A DNA stretch of 64,000 nucleotides from Chiloscyllium plagiosum. Lineage: Eukaryota. Below, piece after piece: positions 36,047-50,058 of this stretch. A program made the position numbers and the translations under genes. A model generated the notes under the pieces. It searched no databases. It worked only from the letters and a program-made list of their open reading frames with translations, and was not told where the DNA came from. Position 1 is the first letter of the stretch. Each line of letters opens with the position of its first letter. The DNA is taken from NCBI RefSeq assembly GCF_004010195.1, contig NC_057720.1:16079301-16143300 (forward strand), in the 5' to 3' direction.

Positions 36047-36415
36047 TATTAAAGGATGTTGCTGAAAATGTGTTGCTGGAAAAGTACAGCAGGTCAGGCA
36101 GCATCCAAGGAGCAGGAGAATCGATGTTTTGGGCATGAGCCCGTCTTCAGGAATGAGGAAAGTGTGCCAAGCAGGCTAAGACAAAAGGTAGGGAGGAGGG
36201 ACTTGGGGGAGGGGGGTTGGAAATGTGATAGGTGGAAGGAGGTTAAGGTGAGGGTGATAGGCCAGAGTGGGGGTGGGGGCGGAGAGGTCAGGAAGAAGAT
36301 TGCAGGTTAGGAAGATGGTGCTGAGTTCGAGGGTTGGGACTGAGACAAGGTGGGGGGAGGGGAAATGAGGACTCCAGCATCTGCAGTCCTCACTTTCTCC
36401 TATTAAAGGATGTTG
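36047..36415. mobile_element. Longer Penelope-like insertion: inverted arm with purine-rich extension plus short tail
   Basis: Perfect 15-bp TSD TATTAAAGGATGTTG at 36047-36061 and 36401-36415; tail CTCCAGCATCTGCAGTCCTCACTTTCTCC. Confidence 0.88.
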
Positions 36416-39261
36416 TAAATAGCATGTGGTCTGCTAGCATCTGTAGGGAGGGATGGAAAGTTAAAATTCTAGGTCAAGGATCGTTCTTCATCTTATGATA
36501 TTTTAATGACCTGTGCATGGAATCTTAAATCTCTTTACCTCCACAGTTGTTGGCTTTTCACTATTTGAATAATACAAAATTATTCCTTTACATTTACCTC
36601 TGTTAAAATTCATCTGTTAATCAGATGGTGGTCTGAGCAAAGAACTCACTAAAAGATTTAAAACCATTTGAACTTTGCTTCAATATTCAGTAAGCAGATC
36701 ATATTAATCTTTCAGTGGCGTGCTGTGTCTTAGCATCTAATGAAGTAAGTACTCCAAAGAATTTTTACACTTCTGGTTTAAATCTCTGATCAGGCTGGAC
36801 AGTATGATACTGCACTCCAGTGATCTCTGTTGAGTGTGTAATTTGTCAACAAGCTACTGGACAAAGGGAGCACAATGGTGTTAAATTGACAACCACAATT
36901 TAGCAACTTACAAAGAAAAGATTTGTATCATTCATACCAGCTTCAGGGTTGTTAGCTTCCCTGCTGACTGACCCAAAAGCCGCATCATAAAGTGCCTGGG
37001 GGAACTTTCAATATTGCACCATTGGTCAACTGAGGTAACTGAAATAAAATAGAAATAATTATTCTGCATATGTTTCTTATAAGTCGATGGGCTACGTGTT
37101 TGAATTTCTAATACTATACATTGTTGTGATATTCTATTAACTAAATGACAATATAAGCTAGTGCAGTAACAAATGGTTCATTTCCATGACTGTTTCGCTT
37201 TCAAAAGTCTACATAAGAAGGTTAAGATCGGATAACGTTGCAACAAACTGAACAAAGTCCTACAAACACTTTATAAAGGTTAGTTTGCACTTAAAACAAA
37301 TACATTGAAGTGAAACGGGGAATGCTTTAACAGTTCTATTTTTGAAAAGTAGCATAAAAGTGAGTCTCACCTTGTTTTGCAATGCTATGATGGCTTTATC
37401 CAGACAGACGCGCAAGGTGCTATGGGGCCAAACATTTTAAAATTTCAAACTAGCTTTAACTGTTGCAGAAACTTTTTCCCTTTGATTTGTTTCAGAAGAA
37501 CAAAAATGAAAGGGACAGTGATACATATTTTAAGTCCCATGAATTCACAATGGGGCTTCAGAATAAAGCGGTAAAAACCTTTGAACTAAACAAAGGTCCA
37601 TCACTGTGTACTTCATTTCACAAGTACCTTATAGAAGAGATGGGTGCCAGACAGAGGGACCAGCTGCTTTTGCCAACACACCCTTACTGACATAACGCAA
37701 CTGCGTCGTTTCAACAGTGTGCCCAATCTTTTGCCTGCCATGTCCCTTTTTGGTGCAGTCCTCTCATCTCAGATAGCTTTTAATGTCCAATGTCCTATGA
37801 AAGCACCCTCTCACGGGTTCACATCTGCATGTCTCTTTGTACTAGCCCAAAGGCTGCAATCTGGTGAGCTGCATTAAGTTGATTAAAGTGGTATCACAGA
37901 CAGTTACTTTCAGCACTTACCCAGCCTTTAGATTAAAGAGAAGGAGGTTTGCTTCTCTCAAGTTATTGCAAAATTGCCATTTTCAAAAGGGTCAGCAGAA
38001 GACAAACAGGGGCCTTTAAGATGTACATTTCTTTTATGATTGAGGCAATAGTAGGCTTTTAGTCCAAATTATTTCTAATTAGGCCTTTGTTCAGGAAATG
38101 CAGCAGCATCATTGCTGTTACAGAATAAATGCTCACAACTCTTTTCTAAAAGCTTCTTTAAAGCTCAGCCATGATCCACAAATAAAGATAATTTATTTTA
38201 GTGGTTTCTCTTCTAACATCTAAACTGGTCTTGTATAAAGGGTCACAAAAATCGCAACAATGTGACCATTTTGTGCTTTTCCTTTGTTCAAGTGACAGTG
38301 TATCCACTAGCAATTCGTGCTTCAAGATATTTCACAGTTACAGAAAATATAATAAATTCAAAATTGGGTAAGAAAGCTTGCATTTCTTCTAAGATTTACA
38401 AAATAACTCTTCTGATGCCCAAAATATGGTCAGAGCTGAAAATAAAGGGGCAAGGAGGAAAATATAATAAATCCACTGGAAGATAGACCATAAATGTTGC
38501 AGACAGGCTTCGACATATCACGGTTTAAATCGATCTCTGATCTATATAACATGGGTCTGTGTGTAGGAATAAAATAGAAGAAATTAGAACAAATAAGCTG
38601 TCGAGATGTCGAGTGAATTGAGTGATTGGATTGTGAAAATATAAAGTTAACTGTGAGTGCATTGGGAAGAACATTGCAAGTGACATAGGCCATTCAGCCC
38701 CTTAAAACCTGTTCTACCATTTAATTACATCAAGGTTGATATGTAGATCGTCTAAGGGTTTTATTTATCCTTGATATATGAACATTGGTGTCAAAGCCAA
38801 TGCTTACTGTCTATCCCTAAATGCCATTAGCTTCATCTGCACAACCTGGTTCTGTAACTAATATGTCGCAAAAATCACACAGAGGCAATCTCAGTTTTAA
38901 GATTTGAAATTCACCTTTGGCTTTAACATTTCTTTTGGGGGAAGGAGTTCCAGATATCCGCTATCCCACTTTCTTTCATGAGAGGAGTTGCATCCTGACA
39001 CTCGTGGATGCTCTGGTTCTAATTTTACGATAATGTTTGTCCCTTGTTCTTGTTTTTACTCCACAGAAACTAGTTTATTTCTACCCAGACTGTAAATTCT
39101 TTTGATCTTCTAAAACACTGGAGGTGGGATTTATTTCTCTTGGTGGGTGAGGGAGATGGAATGGAAATTGAGTGGTTCACTCTGTCCTGCCCCTGCCATT
39201 TCTGCTCATCCAATCAAGCATCAGATCACCAAATCGAAATATCCATTGAAAAAGGGGTCAA

Positions 39262-39655
39262 TTAGAGTGACACAGCATGGAAACAGAGCCTTTGGCCCAA
39301 CTATTCCATGCCGACCATAATCCCAAACTAAACCAGTCCCACCTGCCTGGGTTTGGCACATATCCTCCAAACATTTCTCATTCACATAGTAATCCAAATG
39401 TCTTTTAAATGTTGTGACTGTACCCACATCCACCACTTCCTCTGGACATTCATTCCACACATGAGCAACTCTGTAAAAAAAAAAGTTACCCCTCATGTCT
39501 TTTTTTGAAATCTTTCTCCTCTCACATAAAAATATGCCCCCTGGTCTTCAAATCCCCACACCTTAGGGAAAAGATGCCTGCTATTCATGACATCTCTACC
39601 CCTCTGAATTTTATAAACCTCTGTAAGGTCACCCCTCAACTTTCTACACAAGGGA
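39262..39655 (-). mobile_element. CR1 3' fragment
   Basis: ORF 39221-39496 RGNFFFYRVAHVWNE; LRGDLTEVYKI. Confidence 0.88.
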
Positions 39656-40700
39656 AAGCTGCAAGAGCACGTCTTGCTCAATTAGCCTTACAGACCATGA
39701 CAGAAGTGTTATCCTACAAACATGGAGTCAGCTATGGTTTAAATTATTGCTCAAAAAAAACCTTTAGAAAATAGTGACAATAGTATGATAGAAATAGTCT
39801 GTTAAATTTGAAAAAGATAAAGTTCAGTTTGAATCTAGTCTCTTAAATCTAAACAAGTGCAATTATGAAAGAATGAGGAGGAAGTTGACAGTGGTGAACT
39901 AGAACAGTACATGTAAGAGTTTGGCAGTATATAGGCAATAACTAATATTAAAAGCATTCATATTTGGTTTTCAATAAACTAAACATTTCTGGAAAACAAA
40001 AAGTACTCAACAGGACAAACAAAAAGGCCATGGATAACAAGGAATGTTAATGATTGCATTAAATCAAGGAGGAGACATATAAAATTCTGAAAAAACAATT
40101 GTAAGCTTAGAAAGATTAGAACAATTTTAGAATTCAGCAGTGCAGAATAAGGAAATTGATGAAGAAATAGAATCGAATATGAACATACAATAGCAAGAAA
40201 CATAAAAATGAATTGTAAAAACATCTATCAATAAGTATAAAGGAAAAGATTGGCAAAGACAAATGGGCATCCTTTACAGCTGGGAGACAGAAGAGTTTAT
40301 AATTGGAACTAAAAGAAACGGCAGAGAAGCTAATTAAATATATTTCTGCTTTCACAGAGAAAGTCACAAGAAGTCTTCCTCAAATAAATTAGAATCTAGT
40401 GTGGAACTGAAACAAACTAGTATTAGCAAAAATATTAGCGAAATTAATGGGATAGAAAGGTGACAAATCCCAGGAACTAGTGACCTTCACATTAGAGTGG
40501 TGAACAAGATGGCTATAGAGATATTGGATGCATTAGCAATTATCTTTCAGAGTTCTATTAATTCTACAATGGTGCCTGCAGACTGGAAGTGGGAAAGGTT
40601 ATTCAGCTGATTGGAAGAATACAGGTATAGGCTATTTCCTAAATGGAGAAAGGCTTCAGAAATCTAGTCTTAGTTCAGGATTCTCTTAAGGTTACCATGC

Positions 40701-40822
40701 AGGTTCAGTTGGCAAACGTTGAAAAATGTGATGCTGGAAAAACACAGCAGGCCAGGCAGCATCCGAGGAGCAGGAGAATTGACGTTTCGGGCATAAGCCC
40801 TTCTTCAGGAAGGTTCAGTTGG
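40701..40822 (-). mobile_element. Single-arm Penelope-like insertion in CR1, intact hammerhead core
   Basis: 12-bp TSD AGGTTCAGTTGG at 40701-40712 and 40811-40822. Confidence 0.88.
40781..40808 (-). ncRNA. Minimal type I hammerhead ribozyme core
   Basis: Reverse strand CTGAAGA-A-GGGC-TTAT-GCCC-GAAAC-GTC. Confidence 0.7.
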
Positions 40823-41609
40823 TGGTTAGGAAGGTAAATACAATGTTGGCATTCATTTCAAGAAGGCTAGAATACAAGAGCAGAAATGATCTGCTGAGGC
40901 AGTGTAAGGTTCTGGTCAGACCGCATTTGGAATATTTGGGCAGTGTATCTAAGGAAGGATGTAAGAGTTTGGCAGTATATTGGCAGTCTGGCATTGGAGG
41001 AGGTCCTGGGGATGAAGGTCTTGACAGATGAGGAGCAGTTGACAACTCTGGGTATGCATTCAATGCATTTTAGAAGGATGTGAGGGGGATCTGATTGAAA
41101 CTTAGAATACTGAGAGACCTGGATAAGAAAAGTTTCCACAAGTAGAAGAGACTAGGGCCTGAGGGCATAGTGTCAGAGTGAAGAGATGACACCTCATCAC
41201 TGAGATCAGGAAGACTTTCTTTAGCTCGAGGATAATGACTTGTTGCAGCAAAAAGCTGCAGAGGTCAACAGCATATTAGCACAAAAGGTAGGCATTATTA
41301 AGGATTAAGGATTGATTAATGCACAGCAAGCAGACTAGAAAATAGCAGGGTGCCATAATGATCAATGCTTTTCCCTCAGCTATTTGTAATCTATATCAAT
41401 GGCTTAGTTACCTATTCTGTATTAAAGTTTGGTGATGATGCAAAGTTGTAGAGTGACACTGGTGTTGTAGTATTAGCGTATAACCATGGGATAGGTAGAA
41501 AGGATTTGAAGGGACAGTCTCAGATTTAAGTGTAATCCCTAGAAATCTCAACCTTTATGTGAATCATTGAAGTTATTTCCAGAACCACAACTACACTCCT
41601 CATACACAC

Positions 41610-42485
41610 ATGTCTGTGTGGCCAAATTCCACACCAATTCATTTACAAGGTTCCTGACGATACCACAGTTTTAGGTCAGATCTCAAACAATGACAAGATG
41701 GAGTACAAGATGATGATAGAGTACGTAATGGCATGGTGTAAAGACAACAATCTCTCCACCAATGTCAGCAAAACAAAGGAGCTTGTCATTGACATCAGGA
41801 AGCAGTGTACAGGGCACACCTCTGTCAGCATCAATGCTGCTGAGGGAGAGGTAGTCAAAAGCATCAAATTCCTGGGATTGACAATCATCCACGATCTGTC
41901 CTGGTCTATCCATTTTGACAGTACGGTCAAGAAGGCACAGTAACACCTTTACTTCTTCAGGAGGCTAATGAAATTTGCATGTCTGTGAAGAGTGTTACAA
42001 TTTTTTATAGATGCATCATTGAAGTCATCCTATCTGGATGCATTACAGCGATATGACAACTTCTCTTTCCAAGACTGAAAGAAACTACAAGAGAGATGTG
42101 CACAGAATCCAGTCCATCACACATACCAATCTTCCTTCCATTGACTTCATCAACACAGTACTTCCCTTTGCCTCAGGAAACCAACATAATCAAAGAACAC
42201 TCCCATCATGACAATGCTCTCTTCCATCGGACATATACATGTACAAGCAGATTCAAGAACAGCTTCTTCCCCACTGTAATTAGATTTTTGAACAGAACTC
42301 TTAAATGTTAATTCTGATCTCTCTCCCTCTGCACCTTCTCAGCACCTGTAACACTGTATCCTGCACTCTGTTCTGTTACCCTAATGCACTTTGTATTGTA
42401 TGATCTGCCTCTAAAGCACATAAGACAACACTTTTCACTGTATCTCAGTACACGTGACAGTGATAAATCAAAACAAATCAATCCA
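41610..42485 (+). mobile_element. Rex1/Babar-like LINE 3' fragment
   Basis: DDTTVLG, NVSKTKELVIDIRK, KFLGLTI, SRFKNSFFPTVIRFLN; ATCAA-type tail. Confidence 0.88.
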
Positions 42486-42799
42486 AGTGGTTAATTTGCC
42501 TAGTTCTGACTTAAGGGACGTCAAATTGGTGTAGAGGGAAATCGGAGTCACTTTAAGTAGGTTTTTTTGCACTTTTAATATCTTGAAGATAATGGCTTTT
42601 TAAAATGGAACATTATAGTTAGTAGCATACATGATTTTTCTATACATATATCAAAGAACATTTTGTTTGTTACGGTGGTTGTTACGGCTTTGTTCTTTTC
42701 ATAAAGACTTGGGATTTGGGATTTCCAAACAAGAAACACTGAAAATATTTCTGATCTCCATAGAGATCATAACAAATACTTCCCTACTAGATGGGAGGC

Positions 42800-43210
42800 T
42801 GATTCTTGGAATGAACACAATGTCTATGAGCAAAGATTGAGTAGAGCCAGCCTATATCCCCTAGAATGTTGATCGCATGGAAACTCCAAATTCTTAAGGG
42901 ACTTAACAGGATTGATGCTGGGTAGAAATTTCCAGTGGCTGGGGAGCTTGGAACTAAGGGTGAGTCTCAGAAGAGGAGGCTGTCGTTTGGAATGAAGACA
43001 AGGAGAAATTTCTTCAGTTACAGGCTCGTGAATCTTTGGGAATTCTCTACTCTGGAGAGCTGTGAATGCTAAGTCATTGAATATGCTCAAGGCTGAGATT
43101 GACAGATATTCAGACACTCAGGAAATTAGTAATGGGCAGGGAACAATTTGGAGTAGATGTAAAGAAGGGTTGTATGGCATTTGGTCTACTCCTTTTCTAG
43201 TAATTATGTA
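42800..43210 (+). mobile_element. CR1 3' fragment
   Basis: AGGAGAAATTTCTTC...GTGAATCTTTGGGAATTCTCTAC. Confidence 0.75.
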
Positions 43211-43382
43211 ACATATTCCTGATCTGTATTTTTTTGCTCTTTCTTAAGACTTTCCATCTCTCTTTTCCCCTCTGTCACTCATGTAGTATTGAATTCATTG
43301 CTATTCCTTACACTTCCTGTTTCAGACTCTGCATTTCTCAAGAACAATTAGAGAAGATCACGTGCAATTTCTTGCCCTGTTT

Positions 43383-45363
43383 ACACAGATCCCAGATACC
43401 CCGCAGTGGACATGATGCTGCTTGGTTTTCCCACTTAAAGCAGCTTTCAGTTCAAAGTTTCATGCAAATCAAATTGGCCTATGCAGATCTAACAAATAGT
43501 GCACATTGTGCATTCTCCAGCTACACTAAACTCTGATCTATTAAGTTATGAAACATACTCACAACTAGGCAATATTTATAAGCAAGCAATAAAATGCTAC
43601 TTGTTAAAATTCATGTGAACATCTGTTCACTCTGTATTAACGCAGTGTCAAGGCAGAAGTGCTGATGTTAATTGCATTTTGGAATTAAATGGCACTGGGG
43701 TCTTTATTTTCCCAGAGTTTATGCATTTGCTTTTTATTTTATGACTATTTGGGGTAAAGATGTGGTCCGATCAGCTGTGATTGTAGTGCAACTGCCGTGT
43801 AATCGGAAAGCTGCAATCATTTGGAAATCAAGGCACCAAATCATCCTCTGGGCTTGAAAACACTTGGCGTGTGCACTTTTGTAGTTTACAGAAGGTGCAT
43901 CCAACTGACCTGTGACTTTATATGTCATTTTTAACCTGCAGGTTTTAACCAGTGCAAGAGGAGAATAGGTGAAGAGCTGGGCCAGTTAGAAAGCCTACCT
44001 CATTTCCCCAACACAATCTTGCACAGTGTTTGCGTTCAATATATTCTTGATTAACAAGTAAGTCAAAGTCTCTCAGGTGCAGGCAGAAATGTAGAGTTGA
44101 GGCCACAATCAGATCAGCAACAATCTTATTGAATGCTGGAACAGGCAATAGGGGCTGAACAATCTATTCCTGCTCCTAATCATGTGTTCATATTGCGATA
44201 AAAGGTAAACTATTGTCATGAGTCACTGGAGGTTGCAAACTCCACTGTTCCTGGAGTCATCACAAAGGTTAAAGATTTTAAAGAAGTGTGCAAAATCTCC
44301 CAATTAACCTAATTTTTCAGACCCAGCATGGACGAGTTTCTGTACTGAGCAAGAATTAGTATTGCAAGGAAGTAGACTTGTAGACAGGTAAACAGTTATA
44401 CACGGTTGATAGATAACATAACAAATTAAAATTGTAGTCATTTTATAAATTCCATCACATACACACACAGACACAGACAAAAGACAGGAGAAACAGGTTA
44501 AGGGCTGAAGAAAGCTTGCAAGGTGATTCCAGATTGTGGGTTGTGAGATGATCCTGATGATTGTGATGATAGTCAGAAAGTTGCTGTTCAGTCACCAGTT
44601 TGCAAGAGACACAAGGTGGCTGGTTCACTTATAAAAATTGTCTGATTGACCAGTTAAAAGTCACAGCTTTCATTAACTACTGAACAAAGGTTTTCTTCAG
44701 GTTTAAAATGAGTTTCGACTGCATAAAACAAAGAACATTTCTGTGGTTGTGGAGATCAAAACACTATCTTGTGCCTAGCCCCGAGCTGTTCAGTTACCAG
44801 AAAACCAATCACATTGTTGTTGGCAGGCTTAAAAACTATTATCAAGGATAATTGGTCACTGGTCCATAAACCACTCATCTTCCTGTTGCCACTCAATTGC
44901 CCCTGTGTACAGAACCCCTTGACTCCAGTTCATCTGTAACCATTGTTTGTACAATGTTTGCTCAATGTTTGCCATAAGGGTCAGGTTATTTCCTTTTCAA
45001 AACATGCAGCCTTCCACAGCAATGAGCTCTACATGTTCTGCCTTCTGGTAAGGAGGCCAAATCATTGAGTGCATTTAAGACAGAGATAGATAGCTTCTTG
45101 ATAGTTAATGGGATCAAAAGTTGTGGGAGAAGGCAGGAGAATGAGATTGAGAAACATATCAGCCATGATCGAATGACAAAGCAGATGCGATGGGTCGAAA
45201 GGCCTAATTTTGCTTCTATTTCTTATGGTCTTACTAAAACCTAATCGAGGAATGTACAAGTAAAGCTGTGATCCAACACAGATCCCAGATGCCCCACAAT
45301 GGACATGATGCTACTTGGGTTTTCCCACTTAAAGCAGCTTCCCGTTCAAAGTTTCATGCAAAT
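43383..45363 (+). repeat. Dispersed ~87-bp direct repeat at 43383-43469 and 45276-45363
   Basis: ACACAGATCCCAGAT...TTCAAAGTTTCATGCAAAT, about 6 substitutions and 1 indel. Confidence 0.9.
45015..45232 (+). mobile_element. CR1 3' end
   Basis: ATTTAAGACAGAGATAGATAG...TTCTTATGGTCTTA. Confidence 0.8.
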
Positions 45364-46054
45364 TGAATCCATCACATTTCTGGATATAATTTATATTAAT
45401 TACTTCTCATGGCGTGTGCAGACATTACTTCTCATCAGTCCTGAGGTCCAAGAAGCTCTTAACAATATTGCTACGTGGAAGCGAGGACAGTTTAGGGGGT
45501 TAGTTAGTTCATGAGGTATGTTTTGCAAAGTAAACTAAGAAAACCCGTAATGTCTAGTGATAAGAATCCCTCCATAAAACTCAATGCAACTCCAACTTGG
45601 CTAAAAATACATGGCTTCAGCCCAACATGTGAGTCAATCTCTGCAAAGGAAGACAACAGGGGTATGATGCTTTCATTGAGTATCTTTCACACCAAAAATG
45701 TCATAGCTGCTCTTTTCAAATTACAGTGAAAACCTTCAAACTACTATCAAACCTGCAAAATATTGCAATATTTCAAGTCTTTTGGACAGAAGCATATCCT
45801 GTGGATGACAGAATTTTTGCAGTGATTTGTCTTCAATCAGCTTCTTCTAAAAGTTGATTTGACAGCAATATGCAATGCAGATTCATGAAATAGCTGCTAC
45901 TTGCTAATGTAGGGGCCAAGTTATGTGACAGTGATGAGTACAAATGCAAGCCCAGCTATGAAAAGTAGTCATGCTATTTTTTGATTTGGGGCAATTCAAG
46001 ATGGGCTCTCTTCAATTTTCATTTTTGAAAAAATACCTCATGAAAATGTGAGGG

Positions 46055-46839
46055 GCTGCATTTTGGGAAGGCAAATCTTAGCAGGACTTATACACTTAAT
46101 GGTAATGTCCTCAGGAGAGTTGCTGTACAAAGAGACCTTGGAGTGCAGGTTCATAGCTCCTTGAAAGTGAAGTCACAGGTAGGTAGGATAGTGACGAAGG
46201 CATTTGGTTTGCTTTCCCTTATTGGTCAGAGTATTGAGTACAGGAGTTGGGAGATCATGTTGTGGCTGTACAGGACATTGGTTAGGCCACTGTTGGAAAA
46301 TTGCGTGCAATTCTGGTCTCCTTCCTATCGGAAAGATGTTGTGAAACGTGAAAGGGCTCAGAAAAGATTTACAAGGATGTTGCCAGGGTTGGAGAATTTG
46401 AGCTATAGGGAGAGGTTGAGTAGGCTAGGGCTGTTTTCCCTGAAGCATCGGAGGCTGAGGGGCGACCTTGTAGAGGTTTATAAAATCATGAGGGGGATGG
46501 ATAGGTTAAATAGACAAAGTGTTTTCCCTGGGGTGGGGAAGTCCAGAACTCGAGGGCATAGGTTTAGGGTGAGAGGGGAAAGATATAAAAGAGACCTAAG
46601 GGGCAACTTTTTCACTCAGAGAGTGGTACATGTATGGAATGAGCTGCAAGAGGAAGTGGTGGAGGTTGGTACAATTGCAACATTTAAAAGGCATCTGGAT
46701 GAGTATATGAATAGGAAGGGTTTAGACAGATATGGGCCAGGTGCTGGCAGGTGGGACTAGATTGCGTTGGGATATCTGGTCGGCATGGACAGGTTGGACC
46801 GAAGGGTCTGTTTCCATGCTGTGCATCTCTATGACTCTA
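46055..46839 (+). mobile_element. Young 5'-truncated CR1 (HER1-like) with open ORF2 C-terminus
   Basis: ORF 46143-46760: LYRTLVRPLLENCVQFWSP...RGNFFTQRVVHVWNEL; CTATGACTCTA tail. Confidence 0.95.
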
Positions 46840-48477
46840 AGTGAAAACTGCAAAGCAGAGGATGAAGCCAACATCTCATATGCCACCATTCCCTTTTATA
46901 TCTGTTGCCAATCACTGCTATTCAAACTCCCTTAAGCTTTAGTTGTTTCAGAGATGAATCTCAAATACTTGTTAGTAATCTGATCAAGGTATACAATATT
47001 ATCATTTTGGAAGCTGTAGTTTAAAGCAGAGATGAAATAGATATGTGGTTTCAATTCTGTGAAGATAAATGGATTTTCTTCAAGAGGTCAGAAAGTCATT
47101 TGGAACAGTGAACTAAAACATCATTTTCAAATAGGCATATAACCAGTTCTGTGCTATACCTGTGCTGTTAATTGGTGAAGTATTTAGAACATATAGGAAA
47201 GGAAAAATAGATCAAGAATCACTAGTGGCTTGAGTTCTGTTCAGAAGAATCAAGTCCAGTTCAGAAAAAAAAATGTTGCCCACTAACAGAAGGACAGCTA
47301 ATTGTGAAAATCTCTAAGCTGTGACAGTGTGTATAGAAATTTTCAAGTCAGCTGCATGCACTTTTAGAGCTGAAGTGTGGTGCTGGAAAAGCACAGCAGG
47401 CGAGGCAGCATCCAAGGAGCATAAGCCGTTCATCAGGAATGAAAAGACATTTAGGCTATCAGAACTGGAAAAACACCTCTCTGCCATCAAACCTGGAAGG
47501 AGTTAATTAAGAAAAAGAAAAGTTAAAACAGGCATCACCCTTTACTGGAATGAGTATCCAAAAGTGCTGGGAATAAAGATGAACCACAGTGGATGCTTTT
47601 GTAAAGATCGTTCTGACAAAACATATGAATTTTTTAGAGCAGTAACCTTGTGTTCTGTTGTTAATGAACTTCAGTAATCCTATGTGAATATGTTCAATAA
47701 CTAACCACCACAGTAAACAACTGCAAAAATTAAGCTTATGATATTTTACACCAGGCTTCACTCTGGGATCTAACTTATCCAGTACTGCCAGCAACTAAGC
47801 TCAACAGTGCAATGGAAGCTGCTCCTAGCCACAAAAGCTAGTCAGGCCCTTAGTTTGAATTAATCATCACTACAAGCATGATTTGCATTTTTCTGCAGGT
47901 CTTTATGGATACTTGAAATATTGAATTTATTTTTTAAGCACAAGGGCAGAATAGGTACAATTTAAAAAACTGTTAAATATAACCTACTATCTTGATTTGC
48001 TGAAAGTATTACTAATTTTCAAACCAACTATTGTACACCAAGCACAGTAACAAAAGGATCTGTGTAAGTTTTAAAGTTATTCTGAGTTAGTTATTTAAAA
48101 TCAGATTAATCAGTTTGTGGCTGGACTAAACTACATATTTTCTCTGATGGACTCGTTTTCTGTATTGGTCAAACTGCGCCAAGGTAACATTGTTTATGTG
48201 ATAAGAATAACATTTTTAAAAAATTAAAATTTTTTCAAATTACATTCAATCTGGCAATGTCGATCAATTCAATTCCTACATTTGATCAGATGCAAATAGG
48301 CTTGAGAGAAAAAAAAACACTATCCTCAAAACTGGAGCATTTTATGTGCACCTAAAGCAGAAATTCTACCTCATTATTATTTTTATACAACTGAATGCTG
48401 TATAGGTTATGATATCAGAGCTGTGCAGTTATATTTAATTATTTTATATCTCTTAATAGATGCTGAAAATGTAAGGA

Positions 48478-48685
48478 GTTGGTCTACCTCAGTTAGCTGG
48501 ATAACTGGTAAGTCAGTACATGAGCGACAGCATGGGTTCAGTTTCTACACCAACTGGGGATACCATGAGGGAATCTGCTTCTCAATGTCTCACCTTGCCT
48601 GAGGTGTGTTAAACCGCCACCAGTCATCCCTCTCTAATGAGGGAGCAGCTCTATGGTCTGGTAATACTATTGCAACTTTACTACA
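48478..48685 (+). mobile_element. tRNA-like SINE (family 3)
   Basis: A-box-like CTACCTCAGTTAG, B-box-like GGGTTCAGTTTC; matches the split copy at 1-590. Confidence 0.55.
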
Positions 48686-49509
48686 ATGTCGGGGGTCAAG
48701 TTGCTTTTTGAGTCCTGAGAGATGTCAGCCAGTTACTGAGTGAGGGGTGCAGAAATTCCATCCCTTTTCAATAAGCAGAAGCAAATAGAATAAAGGATGC
48801 AAGATTCAGCCTTTTTTGTGTCATAAGGCATTAAGAAAGTGACACTTAGCAACACGAGAAATTGTGAAAGGGAGAAAGTTTCTTTTCAAGATGATCCTGA
48901 CATATAGACAATAACATTATGATCAGCACAATTAATATCTTCAAAGCTGCATTTGAGGAAAATAAAGTTCAGTTCAAAAATCGCATGAGACTCCAAAGGA
49001 AGTAATTGGAAAGGCGGCAAAAAACATGAAGGAATAATTATGCAATAATATCGCATGAGTGGCACAGCTCTTGATCAATTTTGACTGCTTCCAAAGACTG
49101 ACATAAAATATCACATAAGCAAAGCGCTACAGCAGTGAAGAGCTGATATATTCAGGGACAGAGAGGTACACAGCGTATTAGCAAAGTCAGCAAAAGGACT
49201 TAATTAAACCATTCTCCTAGAAATCAGGGAGAAACATAGAAATAGGAACAGGAGTAGGCCATTCGACCCATCAAGCCTGCTTCAACACTCACAATGATCA
49301 TGGCTAATCTTCCCATTCAGTACCCTGGGCCCACTTTCTCCTTCATCCCTTTAGCCTTAAGAATTATATCTAAGCTGGCTCACCACTCTCTGGGTGAAGA
49401 AATTTCTCCTCATCTCAAACCTAAATGGTCTACCGGGCATCATGGGAGCGGGTCTAGGTCATTCAGCTCCTCAAGCCAGTTCTACCATTCAATGAGACTA
49501 TGGCTGATC

Positions 49510-49620
49510 TGTGCTGAAAATGTGTTGCTGGAAAAGCGCAGCAGGTCAGGCAGCATCCAAGGAGCAGGAGAATCGACGTTTCGGGCATGAGCCCTTCTTC
49601 AGGAATAAAGAAAGTGTGTC
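49510..49620 (-). mobile_element. Single-arm Penelope-like insertion with intact hammerhead core (49575-49602)
   Basis: Reverse strand CTGAAGA-A-GGGC-TCAT-GCCC-GAAAC-GTC; near-identical to 36061-36165. Confidence 0.85.
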
Positions 49621-49752
49621 CACCTAATTCTATATACCTGCCTTTGGCCCATATCACTCCGTACCTTAGACAATGTTTTGTGAAGTAATCTCAAATTTAA
49701 AAATTAACAACTGTTCCAGCATTCCACTGCCATCAGTGGAGGAGAGTTCCAA

Positions 49753-50058
49753 ACATAGAAACATAGGCCATTTGGTCCATCGAGTCCACACTGACCCTCG
49801 AAAGAGAATCCCACCCAGACCCATCTCTGTATTTCCCTTGGGTAATGCACCTAGCCTGCATACCCCTGGACCACTATAGGCAATTCAGCATGTATAATCC
49901 ATCTAAACATCACACCTTTGGACTGTGGGAGGAAGCCAGAGCACCCAGAGGAAACCCACACAGACATGGGGACAATACGCAAACTCCATGCAGACAGACA
50001 GTTGCCAGAGGCTGGAATCATACCCAGGACCCTAGGCAGCAGTGCTAGCCACTTAGCC
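49753..50058 (-). mobile_element. HE1-like V-SINE (older)
   Basis: TTTGGACTGTGGGAGGAAGCCAGAGCACCCAGAGGAAACCCAC. Confidence 0.8.

Larger units (their letters stand above)
39790..41260 (+). mobile_element. Old CR1 ORF2 fragments with internal deletions
   Basis: Colinear with 3580-5530 (LNLNKCNYERMR, PWITR, DKSQ, LVRPHLEY). Confidence 0.8.

Noticed and set aside
37915..38010. Minus-strand exon ending at a GGTAAG donor
   Set aside because: The ATG frame stops after a few codons and no partner exon was found; similar lone donor-like sites at ~15845 and ~56800 are also unsupported
44214..45010. Solo LTR
   Set aside because: TG start and LTR-like composition, but no matching CA end or TSD found
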